Below, piece after piece: positions 26,066 through 36,202 of a stretch of 64,000 bases of DNA; within the stretch, counting starts at the first letter, position 1, and every line of letters begins with the position of its first letter. This DNA comes from Candidatus Nitrosomirales archaeon. GTDB lineage: Archaea > Thermoproteota > Nitrososphaeria > Nitrososphaerales > UBA213. The DNA lies in assembly GCA_049199595.1 (NCBI GenBank), contig JBMCYV010000011.1, positions 7,851-71,850 on the forward strand, in the 5' to 3' direction. The notes under the pieces were generated by a model that was not told the origin of the DNA, searched no databases, and saw nothing but the letters and a program-made list of their open reading frames with translations. The position numbers and the translations under genes are program-made.

Positions 26066-26211
26066 CATCTCATGTTAGTTTCTCATGTTCAAGTGAATTG
26101 AGATTTAATACATAATGAGATGTTACATCCGTTGAGATACAAAAATTGACTCATAGCTAAACTCGTGTACGCTTTAATGGTGATATTCGTTTCTCGCTAG
26201 CACTCATCGAA

Positions 26212-26436
26212 ATGCAATTCCCCTTTAAAGCAAAGAACGAAGAAACTGCGACAGACTCGAAGAGCTTCACGACAGGCCAGACCTGGGGAGCGTTAAGGAA
26301 GGCTTGGAAAGGATACAAGATCGCGAAGGTTCAGGGCGATCGAACCAAAATGACCGAGTACGCTACCAAGATACGAAAACTCGAAGGCGAGTTGGGCGTA
26401 CCACAAGCATCGTTCCCAGATCTGTCAATAAACTAG
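26212..26436 (+). CDS. small hypothetical protein
   Basis: 74-aa ORF with an ATG start and ordinary composition (..GQTWGALRKAWKGYKIAKVQGDRTKMTEYATKIRKLEGELGVP..). No family recognised. Confidence 0.4.
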   Translation: MQFPFKAKNEETATDSKSFTTGQTWGALRKAWKGYKIAKVQGDRTKMTEYATKIRKLEGELGVPQASFPDLSIN

Positions 26437-26913
26437 CTCTTCCCCTTTCTTTTTATTTTTCCTAGACTTTTGACCAGCATGATAATTAGGTATTTCACTG
26501 CTCCGTTGAATCCCTAACACAACCTAGAAGAACATCGTGTAGAAAGAGATGCGAGAGTTATTAGTAAGGTCTAGAACGGATTTTCCTTAATGCGCCAAAA
26601 AACGCACGCGTGTAAAAGTCTAGAGGGGGGGGGTCAATATAAAGGAACGATGAATCCGTATATTAATATCAGATCTGCAATCTTTCAGTTGCGTATATGC
26701 AAATCTTCATGCAAAGCACTTGCGGCACAAGAGGTTTCCTATCTAATGCCCTTCGCCGCATGAGATTCAGAATACGTATCTGGACCGGATATGGTTTCTT
26801 TGTTGTCTCTTTATAAAGAGACCATTACAAAGCTAGAGAAAAACAATAATTTCTGAACGAGTTTTCTTTACTGAACCATAACCAATTATACTGAATGTTT
26901 ATGAGATTTTATA

Positions 26914-27792
26914 ATGGGCGAGTTACTGATAGGCTGCTCTGGTTGGGATTATCCTGAACCTCCGCCAAAGGGTTGGCTCGGCGTATTCTATCCTAGCAGG
27001 AAGACCAAGAAACTTCATTATTATTCACAGTTCTTTAGAACAGCAGAGATGGACTCAACTTTCTATAATGAGTTTTATTCCAAGATGACAAAAGGTACTT
27101 TTGTTGGGCTGGCGAGAGCAACGCCAGAAAAGTTTCAGTTCTCCATAAAGGTTCCAAAAACCATCACACATGACAAGAAGTTAAGCGTAAAGCGAGGAGC
27201 GATCACTGACTTTGAGGAATTTCTTGATAAGATATCGCCGTTAAAAACAGCGAACAAACTTGGAGTCATTCTTATCCAGCTTCCTCCAAGTTTTACCGTA
27301 ACTGACTTTCGGAATGTTGAAGGCTTCCTAGACAGATTGCCAACAGGTTATGATTATGCTGTCGAGTTTAGACACGAATCGTGGAGAACTGAAGGTCCAT
27401 GGGAAATGCTTAAGCATTATAGGGTTGCTGTTGTGATGACAGACTCGCCCGATCCGAACCTGCAGTTCTTGTCAGATATCATAGTTACTGCAGATCATGC
27501 ATTTGTAAGATGGCACGGCAGGAACGACAGATTCTGGTATGATTATCTCTATAATAAGGAAGAGCTGAAGCCATGGGCAGACAAGATAAAGAAGATCAAG
27601 GGACAGACAAAAATGCTCCGGGGATACTTCAACAATCATTTGGGCGGAAAGGCTGTCCTAAACGCACTCCAGTTTAAGCAGATGAACGGAAGTTTGTCGA
27701 ATAACGAGAAAAAGGCGATGGAGCAAGTACAAAAGTATCTGTCAGGAGAGAAGATTGGCATAGAGCAGTGGATGCTGGAAGATCAAGCTTAG
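26914..27792 (+). CDS. DUF72-family protein
   Basis: LIGCSGWDYP...WLGVFYP..KKLHYYSQFFRTAEMDSTFY...FSIKVPKTITH...ILIQLPPSF...VEFRHESW is the DUF72 (UPF0759) signature series. Confidence 0.85.
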   Translation: MGELLIGCSGWDYPEPPPKGWLGVFYPSRKTKKLHYYSQFFRTAEMDSTFYNEFYSKMTKGTFVGLARATPEKFQFSIKVPKTITHDKKLSVKRGAITDFEEFLDKISPLKTANKLGVILIQLPPSFTVTDFRNVEGFLDRLPTGYDYAVEFRHESWRTEGPWEMLKHYRVAVVMTDSPDPNLQFLSDIIVTADHAFVRWHGRNDRFWYDYLYNKEELKPWADKIKKIKGQTKMLRGYFNNHLGGKAVLNALQFKQMNGSLSNNEKKAMEQVQKYLSGEKIGIEQWMLEDQA

Positions 27793-27822
27793 ATTAAAAA
27801 AATAGTATCAGTATCTGCATGA

Positions 27823-28296
27823 CTACGGTGCAGATACGCCATGTACCGTTATTACTATGGATGAAGTTCTCGGCATTCTAATTGGGTCAGAAGTAGTATT
27901 CACCAAAACCAAGCCAGAGATGTTCTGTGCTGACTCATTCGGAATGCTAGCTGTATACGCGCACATGCTCCCCGGCGTACCTTGTATAAGATCTAGGTTG
28001 ATTGGTGAAAGATCTACTCCAACGCCGCCTATCAACATCCAATTTTTCGGTTCAGAGCTATCATCACATGGCAGTTTCGCTACGATGCTTCCAGAAGTTA
28101 TGATTTTTGGCGCAGAGGTGTATAGTATGAGGTAATCATTTGCTGGTATCATCTTCAAGTCAAGAGCTATTGTCGTAGAGTCGAGTACATCATCTATTAC
28201 GATCTGCTCAGTTTGTTGACTTTCGATTCTGTTTATTGATGAACCTAAGATTGTTGCGGTTGCTACCACTGTCATTATGGCTATCCATTTGTTCAT
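27823..28296 (-). CDS. exported protein, function unknown
   Basis: 157 aa with signal/anchor MNKWIAIMTVVATATILGSS. Confidence 0.6.
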   Translation of the reverse strand: MNKWIAIMTVVATATILGSSINRIESQQTEQIVIDDVLDSTTIALDLKMIPANDYLILYTSAPKIITSGSIVAKLPCDDSSEPKNWMLIGGVGVDLSPINLDLIQGTPGSMCAYTASIPNESAQNISGLVLVNTTSDPIRMPRTSSIVITVHGVSAP

Positions 28297-28386
28297 GCCC
28301 TAAAACTGCTTGTCGTCAGTTTAAACATTCTGTCAAGAATTGTAGCGATCTAACGCTTTTAATAAGGAAGCTCGCTAAATATTCAA

Positions 28387-29979
28387 ATGCAAAGGAGCGA
28401 AGAGAACTATGCTGTTGCTTGCAGGGAGATAGCATCCATAGTTAGCGATATGCGTGAGCCTGACATCAAATCAATTAAACGTGTTACTAAGCGAGTTTCT
28501 GCAAAGTATGGATTGCCAACTCTTCCAAAAAATGTTAACATTCTTGCTAATGTGCCAATACGTTCTCATGATAGATTAAGAAAGTTGTTAATGGTAAAGC
28601 CAACCAAGACGGCTTCCGGTGTAGCTGTCGTTGCTGTTATGCCCAAACCATATGCCTGTCCACATGGCAAATGTGTCTATTGTCCAGGTGGTGTAGAGAT
28701 TGGAACACCTAACAGCTACACGGGCAAAGAACCTTCTACTATCAATGCCATAGAGTACGATTACGATCCATACAAGCAGATACGATCAAAGATACAACGT
28801 CTTGTAGAAAATGGACATGACATAAGCAAGGTTGAGGTTGTTGCAATAGGTGGTACTTTTTTGTTCATGCCAAAAGAATATCAAGAGGAATTCGTAAAAT
28901 CATGCTACGATGCTCTGAACGGCTTTAGCGCGGAGAGCTTGGAACATGCAAAATCATTCAACGAAACGGCCAGCATAAGAAACGTTGGATTCACGATAGA
29001 AACAAAACCGGATTACTGCAAACAGGATCACGTTGACCTCATGCTGAAGTACGGAGCTACTAGAGTAGAGATCGGTGTCCAAGCACTAAGGGATGATGTT
29101 TACAAGATAACTAACAGAGGACATACACTTGACGATGTTATCGAAGCATTCCAGATTGCAAAGGACGCAGGATATAAGATAGTCGCGCATATGATGCCAG
29201 GACTGCCAAATTCCAGTCCTGAACAGGATACTGAGGATTTCAGGCAGCTATTTTATGATGAAAGGTTCAAACCGGACATGTTAAAGATCTATCCCACGCT
29301 TGTAGTTGAAAATACAGGACTATTCAAGATGTTTATGGATGGTAAATACAGTGCGTACAATAATGAAGATCTTATCGATGTTATTGTGCAGGTAAAGAAG
29401 ATGATTCCCAGATGGGTAAGGATAATGCGGGTTCAGAGAGAGATTGCTTCAGAATACATAGTTGCTGGACCAAAATCCGGGAACTTAAGGCAAATAGTAT
29501 TGAACAGACTGAAAGCAGAAGGATCTAAGTGCAACTGCATAAGATGTAGAGAAGTGGGTCTTATGCGTGTTGGACATGATCTGGACCCCAGTAATGTAAA
29601 GTTGCTCAAGGAACGATACAAAGCATCTGATGGTGAGGAAATGTTTCTTTCATATGAAGACACTCACAATGATGTGTTGTTTGGATTCTTAAGATTACGA
29701 TCACCGAGCGATAAAGCGCATAGACCGGAAGTAAAGGATTGCTGCATAGTCAGGGAACTGCATGTTTATGGGCAAGCATTGCAGTTGGGCAGAAGAGATG
29801 AAACTAGCTGGCAACACAGGGGTTATGGCACTATGCTTATGCAGGAATCTGAACGCATTGCTTTGGAAGAATTTGATGCTAAGAAAATGCTTGTGATAAG
29901 TGCGATCGGCACCCGAGAATACTACAGAAAACTTGGATATGCTCTCGAAGGTCCATATATGGCCAAGCGACTGAGGTGA
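28387..29979 (+). CDS. elp3: archaeal Elp3 homolog (radical-SAM plus GNAT; tRNA wobble-uridine modification)
   Basis: 530 aa. The Elp3-type cluster CPHGKCVYCPGG, a radical-SAM barrel, and a C-terminal GNAT segment (RELHVYGQALQLG..WQHRGYGTMLMQESERIA). Confidence 0.9.
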   Translation: MQRSEENYAVACREIASIVSDMREPDIKSIKRVTKRVSAKYGLPTLPKNVNILANVPIRSHDRLRKLLMVKPTKTASGVAVVAVMPKPYACPHGKCVYCPGGVEIGTPNSYTGKEPSTINAIEYDYDPYKQIRSKIQRLVENGHDISKVEVVAIGGTFLFMPKEYQEEFVKSCYDALNGFSAESLEHAKSFNETASIRNVGFTIETKPDYCKQDHVDLMLKYGATRVEIGVQALRDDVYKITNRGHTLDDVIEAFQIAKDAGYKIVAHMMPGLPNSSPEQDTEDFRQLFYDERFKPDMLKIYPTLVVENTGLFKMFMDGKYSAYNNEDLIDVIVQVKKMIPRWVRIMRVQREIASEYIVAGPKSGNLRQIVLNRLKAEGSKCNCIRCREVGLMRVGHDLDPSNVKLLKERYKASDGEEMFLSYEDTHNDVLFGFLRLRSPSDKAHRPEVKDCCIVRELHVYGQALQLGRRDETSWQHRGYGTMLMQESERIALEEFDAKKMLVISAIGTREYYRKLGYALEGPYMAKRLR

Positions 29980-29986
29980 TTCAAAG

Positions 29987-31573
29987 ATGCAGATAATCGG
30001 TAGAGGTACTTGGCTCGACAAGGTAGCTGCCAAGTTAATTGAAAGAGAGAAGAAACTGGCCAGAGATCTTACTTTAATCAAGGTTGAAAGTGGGCTGGGA
30101 GCATCTGGCATACCGCATATTGGAAGCTTGGGCGATGCTGTAAGGGCGTATGGAATAAAACTCGCATTAGAAAACATGGGCTACAAGTCTGAACTGATTG
30201 CGTACACTGATGATATGGATGGCCTGCGAAAAGTTCCAGAGGGTTTGCCTGAATGGCTCAAAGAACATATAGCGAAACCTGTTTCTGCTATTCCAGATCC
30301 ATTCTCATGCCATGCTTCCTATGGTGCGCATATGGGCAGCATGCTTCTTGATGCTCTAGACAAGCTTGGTGTGAAGTATAAGTTTCAGAGCGGAGCGGAA
30401 GCATACAAGAAAGGTTTGTTGGTTAACCAGAGCGATATAATATTGAGCAACGCAGAAACGATCGGAAACAAGATCGCTGAGCTGGTTGGGCAGGAGAAGT
30501 TCAAGACAACACTGCCGTACTTTCCTATTTGTAGTAACTGCAAAAGGATCTATGTTGCAGAAGCATACAAATACGTAAGAGAGGAAAAGAAGGTTCTTTA
30601 TAGATGCAAAGGAACTAAGATGGGTAAAGGATTTGTCGATGGTTGTGCTCATGAAGGGGAAGCAGATATTCGTACTAATGCTGGCAAGCTTGGATGGAAG
30701 GTTGAATTCGCTGCGAGATGGCAGGCCTTTGACATAAGATTTGAAGCATATGGCAAGGATATAGCCGATTCTGTTAAGGTGAATGATTGGGTTGCTGATG
30801 AGATCCTGAAATATCCGCATCCATTACACGTAAAGTATGAAATGTTCCTTGATAAAAGTGGAAGGAAGATATCAAAGTCATTAGGGAATGTTCTAACCCC
30901 TCAGGCATGGCTCAGGTATGGCAATCCTCAGTCAATAATGTTATTGCTGTTCAAGCGCATTATTGGAACAAGAAATGTTGGCCTAGATGATGTTCCTAAA
31001 CTTGTTGATGAATATGATTACATGGAGGATGTTTACTTTGACAAGGTAAAGATAGATAATGAACTCAAAAAAGCAAAGTATAGAGGAATTTATGACTACA
31101 TCAATCACCTCAAGCCCCCAGCAAGTCCGTCACAACACGTACCATACGGACTGCTCGTTCAACTTGCATCTGTAGTTAGAGACGAAGATAGAAGGGTGGA
31201 TTATGTGATCAATAAACTAAAGAGCTATGGCACTATCAAGGACAAAACAGAAGATCTAGTTAGTCGGATTATACTTGCTGGCAACTGGGCCGACGATTTC
31301 GGCAAGTTTGAAAAAGTAGAAGTTGATGTCAGCGAGGAGGAAAGGAGAGCTTTGTCTGAGTTGATAGAAACGATCAAGAAGGAAAGTGATGCCAAAACGC
31401 TACAAACAAGCATATTTGAAATAGCCAGAAGAAATGGGTTGGAACCTAAGCAATTCTTTACACTCCTGTACAAGATATTGGTGGGCGCTGAGAGGGGGCC
31501 TCGTTTGGGTCCCTATATCATTGATGTTGGTGGGGAAAATGTTGCCAAAATACTGGTGCAGTATTGTAAATAA
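29987..31573 (+). CDS. lysK: lysyl-tRNA synthetase, class I
   Basis: 528 aa. HIGH-type motif (PHIGSLGDAVR) and KMSKS-type motif (KISKSLGN). Archaeal class I LysRS architecture. Confidence 0.9.
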   Translation: MQIIGRGTWLDKVAAKLIEREKKLARDLTLIKVESGLGASGIPHIGSLGDAVRAYGIKLALENMGYKSELIAYTDDMDGLRKVPEGLPEWLKEHIAKPVSAIPDPFSCHASYGAHMGSMLLDALDKLGVKYKFQSGAEAYKKGLLVNQSDIILSNAETIGNKIAELVGQEKFKTTLPYFPICSNCKRIYVAEAYKYVREEKKVLYRCKGTKMGKGFVDGCAHEGEADIRTNAGKLGWKVEFAARWQAFDIRFEAYGKDIADSVKVNDWVADEILKYPHPLHVKYEMFLDKSGRKISKSLGNVLTPQAWLRYGNPQSIMLLLFKRIIGTRNVGLDDVPKLVDEYDYMEDVYFDKVKIDNELKKAKYRGIYDYINHLKPPASPSQHVPYGLLVQLASVVRDEDRRVDYVINKLKSYGTIKDKTEDLVSRIILAGNWADDFGKFEKVEVDVSEEERRALSELIETIKKESDAKTLQTSIFEIARRNGLEPKQFFTLLYKILVGAERGPRLGPYIIDVGGENVAKILVQYCK

Positions 31574-31656
31574 GTTCTCTAAGTTACAACTTTTTGCTCT
31601 ATGTTATTGCTACACATATTTAAAATACTATCAGATCTTATCTGGGTTGGTCTTAA

Positions 31657-32877
31657 ATGAAGAGGTTTACTATAATAGTGATGCTTGGCATATTGTTCCT
31701 CCCGCTGATAACTAGCGTGAAAGTTGCAGATGCTGTTGTTGGAGGGCCATATACAGATAAGATATCTGCAGAATTAGGATCTTCAAGCAAGTCTAGTGGA
31801 AAGGGCTTCAGTCCGGATGAGATTATAGTATCAGTTGGCACAACTGTGACATGGACAAACAAGGATACAGTCGGTCATACAGTCACCAGTGGTAGTCCGA
31901 ACGATCCCGACGCAGGCAAACTTTTCGACTCGGGTTCTAGATGGGCACCTGGTGAAGAGTTTGAACATACATTTGATACTGTTGGTGAATTTCCGTATTT
32001 TTGTATGATACATCCATGGACCACAGGTAAGGTCGTAGTCGCCGAAGTAGTGATCCAAGAAGATGGAATGGAAGATGAGACTCCGGAAGACGATATATCT
32101 GAGGAGGAACCATCGGAGGATAATGGTTCACTAGTCAGAAGCTTCCTGGTTGAGGACATTGATGGAGACGATATGTATATCAGGGTAAGTCCAAGCACTC
32201 CAGAGGCTCAGGATGCTCTAATAGAGATGGCTAAGACTGGGGAAAGAAGATGGGTTGGCGGAGAACTGGTAGAAAGTTCCGACAAAAAGTTCGGTTTCAT
32301 ATTTGAACCTCATAGTATCGTAGTTGCAGAAATAACTGCTGAAGGACTTCAAGCAGCAAAATATAAGACTCTTCAGGAGGATTTTGATTACTGGAAAGGT
32401 CTGGGAACTGTATATATTTCTGGCAAAGTCATAAATATACGCGAAAAAGTTACTGTGACGCATCAAGAAACGAGTTTTAATTTGACAACTTCGCTATCTA
32501 ATGGAAGTGTTAAGAGTATCGAAGTTAATCCTGGCTCTACAAGTTTAACGTTAACGCTAGACACAAGTACAACCACAGCTGGAAACCTTACAATAGCCTT
32601 GCCTAGGGAATTGATCGACGCGAAAAACAAGAATGAAGATGCGAAATTTATAGTAAATGCTGGTAATGATAAAATCAGTTACAAGGAACGCGGATCAACC
32701 GCCGAAGAAAGGACACTGAAGATGTCCATACCTGCCGGTACCACAAAAGTCGAAATAATTGGCACACAAGTGGTACCAGAATTTCCTCTCGGACTTGCCG
32801 TTGTCTTAGCTGGCTTGGTTTCAGTAATAGTTGTAATAACCAGACTAAATGTAACAAACAAAATACTTAATGTATAG
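31657..32877 (+). CDS. exported blue-copper (cupredoxin) protein with an acidic linker, an unknown middle domain and a PEFG-CTERM-like anchor
   Basis: Signal peptide MKRFTIIVMLGILFLPLITSVKVADA. Plastocyanin-type site: VGHTVTS ... FPYFCMIHPWTTGKVVV (His, Cys-x2-His; the axial Met is not evident). Acidic run EDGMEDETPEDDISEEEPSED. C-terminus VPEFPLGLAVVLAGLVSVIVVITRL. Confidence 0.8.
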   Translation: MKRFTIIVMLGILFLPLITSVKVADAVVGGPYTDKISAELGSSSKSSGKGFSPDEIIVSVGTTVTWTNKDTVGHTVTSGSPNDPDAGKLFDSGSRWAPGEEFEHTFDTVGEFPYFCMIHPWTTGKVVVAEVVIQEDGMEDETPEDDISEEEPSEDNGSLVRSFLVEDIDGDDMYIRVSPSTPEAQDALIEMAKTGERRWVGGELVESSDKKFGFIFEPHSIVVAEITAEGLQAAKYKTLQEDFDYWKGLGTVYISGKVINIREKVTVTHQETSFNLTTSLSNGSVKSIEVNPGSTSLTLTLDTSTTTAGNLTIALPRELIDAKNKNEDAKFIVNAGNDKISYKERGSTAEERTLKMSIPAGTTKVEIIGTQVVPEFPLGLAVVLAGLVSVIVVITRLNVTNKILNV

Positions 32878-32941
32878 GTCAATCGTTAATGAATGATTGA
32901 ACATAACAAACTAAAAGGTAGATATATACCACTAGTCTCGA

Positions 32942-34768
32942 ATGTGTACGACAATCCATATGACATATACCAACCTGAAAGTTGGGCCATGGCTATTAAC
33001 AGAACTAGCAAAGAACGCATCTGGAGACGCATTCCAGCGTTTTCTAGCATCTATCGAAGAATTCGTAAAGCAGCTTGAAGCAAAACGCAAGGAGCTCCGC
33101 GTTGACATTTCATCTGTAGATTTTGAAAACCTTATCCATCTTACGGAAGAGATATTTGAAAAAGTAAGCATGGCAAGCAGCTATGCTCATTTGCAATATT
33201 ATGCTGACACGTCATCAAATGAAGCAGCCGCTCAAGTAACTAAAATGGAAAAGCTTGGTTCTGACATTCGTAACAGGTTGCTGTTCTTTGATCTTTGGTT
33301 TGAGAAGGAGGTTGATGATACAAATGCCACGCGTCTGATAAATTCTGTCTCACCTGTGTACAAGGAATATTTAAGACATAGACGGCTGTTCGCAAAACAC
33401 GCGTTAACAGAACCAGAAGAAAAGATTATCAACACAATGAACGTTACTGGTACAAGGGCACTAGTCAAGATCTATGACAAAATGACCAACACTTTTGAAT
33501 TTGCTATGACTGTAAAGAAAGGCAAGAAAACAATAACAAAAATTTTTGACAATAAACAAAAGATGCTTTCCTATATTCGCAGCCCTAAAGCTGAGGAGAG
33601 AGAAGGTGCCTACAAGGCATTATGGGAGGTCTATAGGAAGAACAGTGGAATATTAGGTGAAGTCTATTGTAACATTGTCATAAAATGGCGTGATGAAGGT
33701 ATCTCCATGCGTGGTTATAAATCTCCTATTTCAGTTCGCAACCTTGAAAACGATTTAGACGACGAGACTGTGGAAGTGTTGCTCAAGGTTTGCAGAAGAA
33801 ACTCAACGCTCTTTCAAGACTACTTCAGAGAAAAGGCAAAAATGATTGGTATTAAGAAATTACGAAGGTATGATCTATATGCTCCACTTCCTTCGCGAGC
33901 TGCCATTCGAAGGAAGTTCGCATATGGAAGAGCCGTCGATACAGTGCTTAAAACATTCGAGGATTTTGACCCACAGCTTAGAAAATTTGCTGAACGTGTC
34001 TTTGATGAACAACATGTAGATTCTGCAATCAGGCATGGCAAATATAGTGGTGCGTTCTGCCATACCGTCTCCCCAAAAATTACCCCCTATGTATTATTGA
34101 ATTTCGATGGAAAGGCTAGGGATGTATCTACGCTCGCACATGAATTTGGTCATGCTATACATAGTATGGCTGCTGCTGACAAACCAATAATAGTGTCCCA
34201 AGCTCCTCTTCCATTGGCTGAGACTGCTTCAGTCTTTGCAGAAATGTTGCTTAATGACAAACTAGCTGAAAACATGTCGAGTAAAGAACGCCGATTATTA
34301 CTCGCAGAACAGATCGATGATATGTATGCTACAATCATGCGGCAGACATACTTTACGCTCTTCGAAATCGAAGCACATAGCGCAATTGCGGAAGAAAATG
34401 CTACTGTTGACAGGGTTTCGGAAATATATCTGAATAATCTTAAAGAGCAGTTTAGCAATTCGCTAACAATTACTCCAGACTTTCAGTGGGAGTGGCTTTA
34501 CATCTCACACTTTTACCATACGCCATTCTATTGCTACGCGTATTCATTTGGGAATCTGCTTGTCCTCTCGCTCTACCAGCAATACAAGCTGGAAGGCAGA
34601 TCGTCGTTTGTTCCCAAGTACTTCAAGATACTATCTGCAGGAGGTTCAAGAAAACCAGAAGAATTGCTCAAGGAATCTGGAATCGATATTTCTGAAGAAG
34701 CATTTTGGCAGAGAGGTTTTGACCTTGTGGCTAAGAAGGTGCAAGAATTGAAGAAACTGTCAGCGTAG
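32942..34768 (+). CDS. pepF: oligoendopeptidase F-like M3B metallopeptidase
   Basis: 608 aa. Zinc motif TLAHEFGHAIHS with a downstream E (PLAETASVFAE). M3-family length and layout. Confidence 0.85.
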   Translation: MCTTIHMTYTNLKVGPWLLTELAKNASGDAFQRFLASIEEFVKQLEAKRKELRVDISSVDFENLIHLTEEIFEKVSMASSYAHLQYYADTSSNEAAAQVTKMEKLGSDIRNRLLFFDLWFEKEVDDTNATRLINSVSPVYKEYLRHRRLFAKHALTEPEEKIINTMNVTGTRALVKIYDKMTNTFEFAMTVKKGKKTITKIFDNKQKMLSYIRSPKAEEREGAYKALWEVYRKNSGILGEVYCNIVIKWRDEGISMRGYKSPISVRNLENDLDDETVEVLLKVCRRNSTLFQDYFREKAKMIGIKKLRRYDLYAPLPSRAAIRRKFAYGRAVDTVLKTFEDFDPQLRKFAERVFDEQHVDSAIRHGKYSGAFCHTVSPKITPYVLLNFDGKARDVSTLAHEFGHAIHSMAAADKPIIVSQAPLPLAETASVFAEMLLNDKLAENMSSKERRLLLAEQIDDMYATIMRQTYFTLFEIEAHSAIAEENATVDRVSEIYLNNLKEQFSNSLTITPDFQWEWLYISHFYHTPFYCYAYSFGNLLVLSLYQQYKLEGRSSFVPKYFKILSAGGSRKPEELLKESGIDISEEAFWQRGFDLVAKKVQELKKLSA

Positions 34769-34802
34769 TCAAATTTTTATCTCGTTGATTTTAACCCTTG
34801 TC

Positions 34803-35150
34803 ATGGAACTACTAGATTATTTGAAAGCATCTTTTAAGGTGCAGAGTGTGAGTGACGAAGCAAAAAGAAAGTTTGTGGAATGGTACATCAAGTCTGGGAA
34901 CGCGTATGCCTCCTTGGAGAGGGTCGTGTACGAAGCTGCCATAAATGACAGAAGGGTTAGACGGTTGTTTGATGAGCTCGTGAATGCTAAAGTAATGGAA
35001 GAAAACGTTGACGAGAACACGAGGACGCCAGTACCTGATATGTTTCAACACCCAGACCTAGGGATTATAAAGACGCCCGGCTATCGGCTAGAAAACAAAT
35101 ATTTTGAGATCCTGCGAAATCAAGAAATGTTAGAACAAGTTTTGCAATAG
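34803..35150 (+). CDS. hypothetical protein
   Basis: Track ORF 34785..35150, trimmed to the first ATG (MELLDYLKASF...). No motif recognised. Confidence 0.45.
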   Translation: MELLDYLKASFKVQSVSDEAKRKFVEWYIKSGNAYASLERVVYEAAINDRRVRRLFDELVNAKVMEENVDENTRTPVPDMFQHPDLGIIKTPGYRLENKYFEILRNQEMLEQVLQ

Positions 35151-35480
35151 TGAAATTGTTCAGGAAGAGATAGCAGGGTAGGTGAATCTGGAGCATGATT
35201 CAATTAGGTGTATGCAGATGACTACTACCTCTTCCCAAAATTTATTCATAAATGCACGAAATAAAGGGTTCTGTCATTTGAGTTACAGGTTTCAGATACT
35301 CTAGTACTAGAATGTAATGGGTGTGTGATTATAGATATTTTTGATCAGGATGTAGAAATTGACTATTGATTTGCCCGCTATTGTACTTTATTAACTAAGC
35401 ATTTGTCAAGAAAATAGCCACAGTTAATGGAGTCTGTTTCGTTGATAACGTACAACTTCTTTTTAGTGCTATCTGCGAAT

Positions 35481-35696
35481 ATGAATCGTGAAGAACTTAT
35501 GACAGAGCATTCAATCTTACCGTTCGGAGAGGAACCACTGCGTAGTGTATCAGATTTTTTCCAGAAAATGTTTAGTGATCCTCTTGAGCTCCTAAAGGAT
35601 CCTATTGTGTTTATCGTACTGGGAACTGTCACTTTTGTGGTGATTTGGTTCTTTGCAGAGTATTCATCGTGGGGAAGAATACCTGAGAAGGTATGA
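35481..35696 (+). CDS. possible small tail-anchored membrane protein
   Basis: Track ORF 35427..35696, trimmed to ATG 35481 (MNREELMTEHS...). Single C-terminal TM helix IVFIVLGTVTFVVIWFFA. Weak call. Confidence 0.35.
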   Translation: MNREELMTEHSILPFGEEPLRSVSDFFQKMFSDPLELLKDPIVFIVLGTVTFVVIWFFAEYSSWGRIPEKV

Positions 35697-35996
35697 GTAC
35701 TAGATAGAAATATCTGGAGGTCACATTAATACCTGAATAGAAGTCAGGATACACAGACTTTTTATAATTCTCTGCACCCGCTAATTTGTTGACACATGGC
35801 GAATCCGTATGTCCGATTTGCAGGAAGAAATTCGCTGAACATTCAACGTTACAGGAGAAGATATGCAAGAACATCCAGATAATGGAGTTTGCTAACAATT
35901 GTCCCGGGTTCGATGTGGAAAATCATTCCTGAGTTAAATTGTGAAAGCAGTTCTAACAACCTTAATCGATATTAACCAGAGCGTCCTAGGATCATT

Positions 35997-36122
35997 ATGA
36001 CTCAGGTTGTGTGCAAATGTGGTCACGGCATGGACAGACATATTCAGAAGCCAAGAAAGGAGTCGACAGCTATAGATGTAGTGTGTAGCGATTGCAACGC
36101 GACTTGCAGAACAATTGATTGA
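35997..36122 (+). CDS. candidate 41-aa zinc-ribbon protein (below the ORF-track size cut-off)
   Basis: The ATG at 35997 opens MTQVVCKCGHGMDRHIQKPRKESTAIDVVCSDCNATCRTID, stop at 36120-36122. Contains a CxC...CxxC arrangement. Lies in an otherwise empty ~0.5-kb gap. Confidence 0.35.
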   Translation: MTQVVCKCGHGMDRHIQKPRKESTAIDVVCSDCNATCRTID

Positions 36123-36202
36123 TTTCGTATGAGTTGATGGATGCGGTTAACAGACCTTCTAAACTTTAAAGTTAATATCTTGCAAGATCTAAACTTGACT
36201 CG

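Noticed and set aside
35768-35937. Possible ~48-codon + strand ORF with CPIC ... C motifs in the 35.7-36.0 kb gap (and a 28-codon basic ORF from ATG 35796)
   Set aside because: It would need a TTG start with no upstream signals and has an incomplete zinc-finger pattern. It also competes with a track ORF on the opposite strand (35629..35898) that is equally unconvincing.
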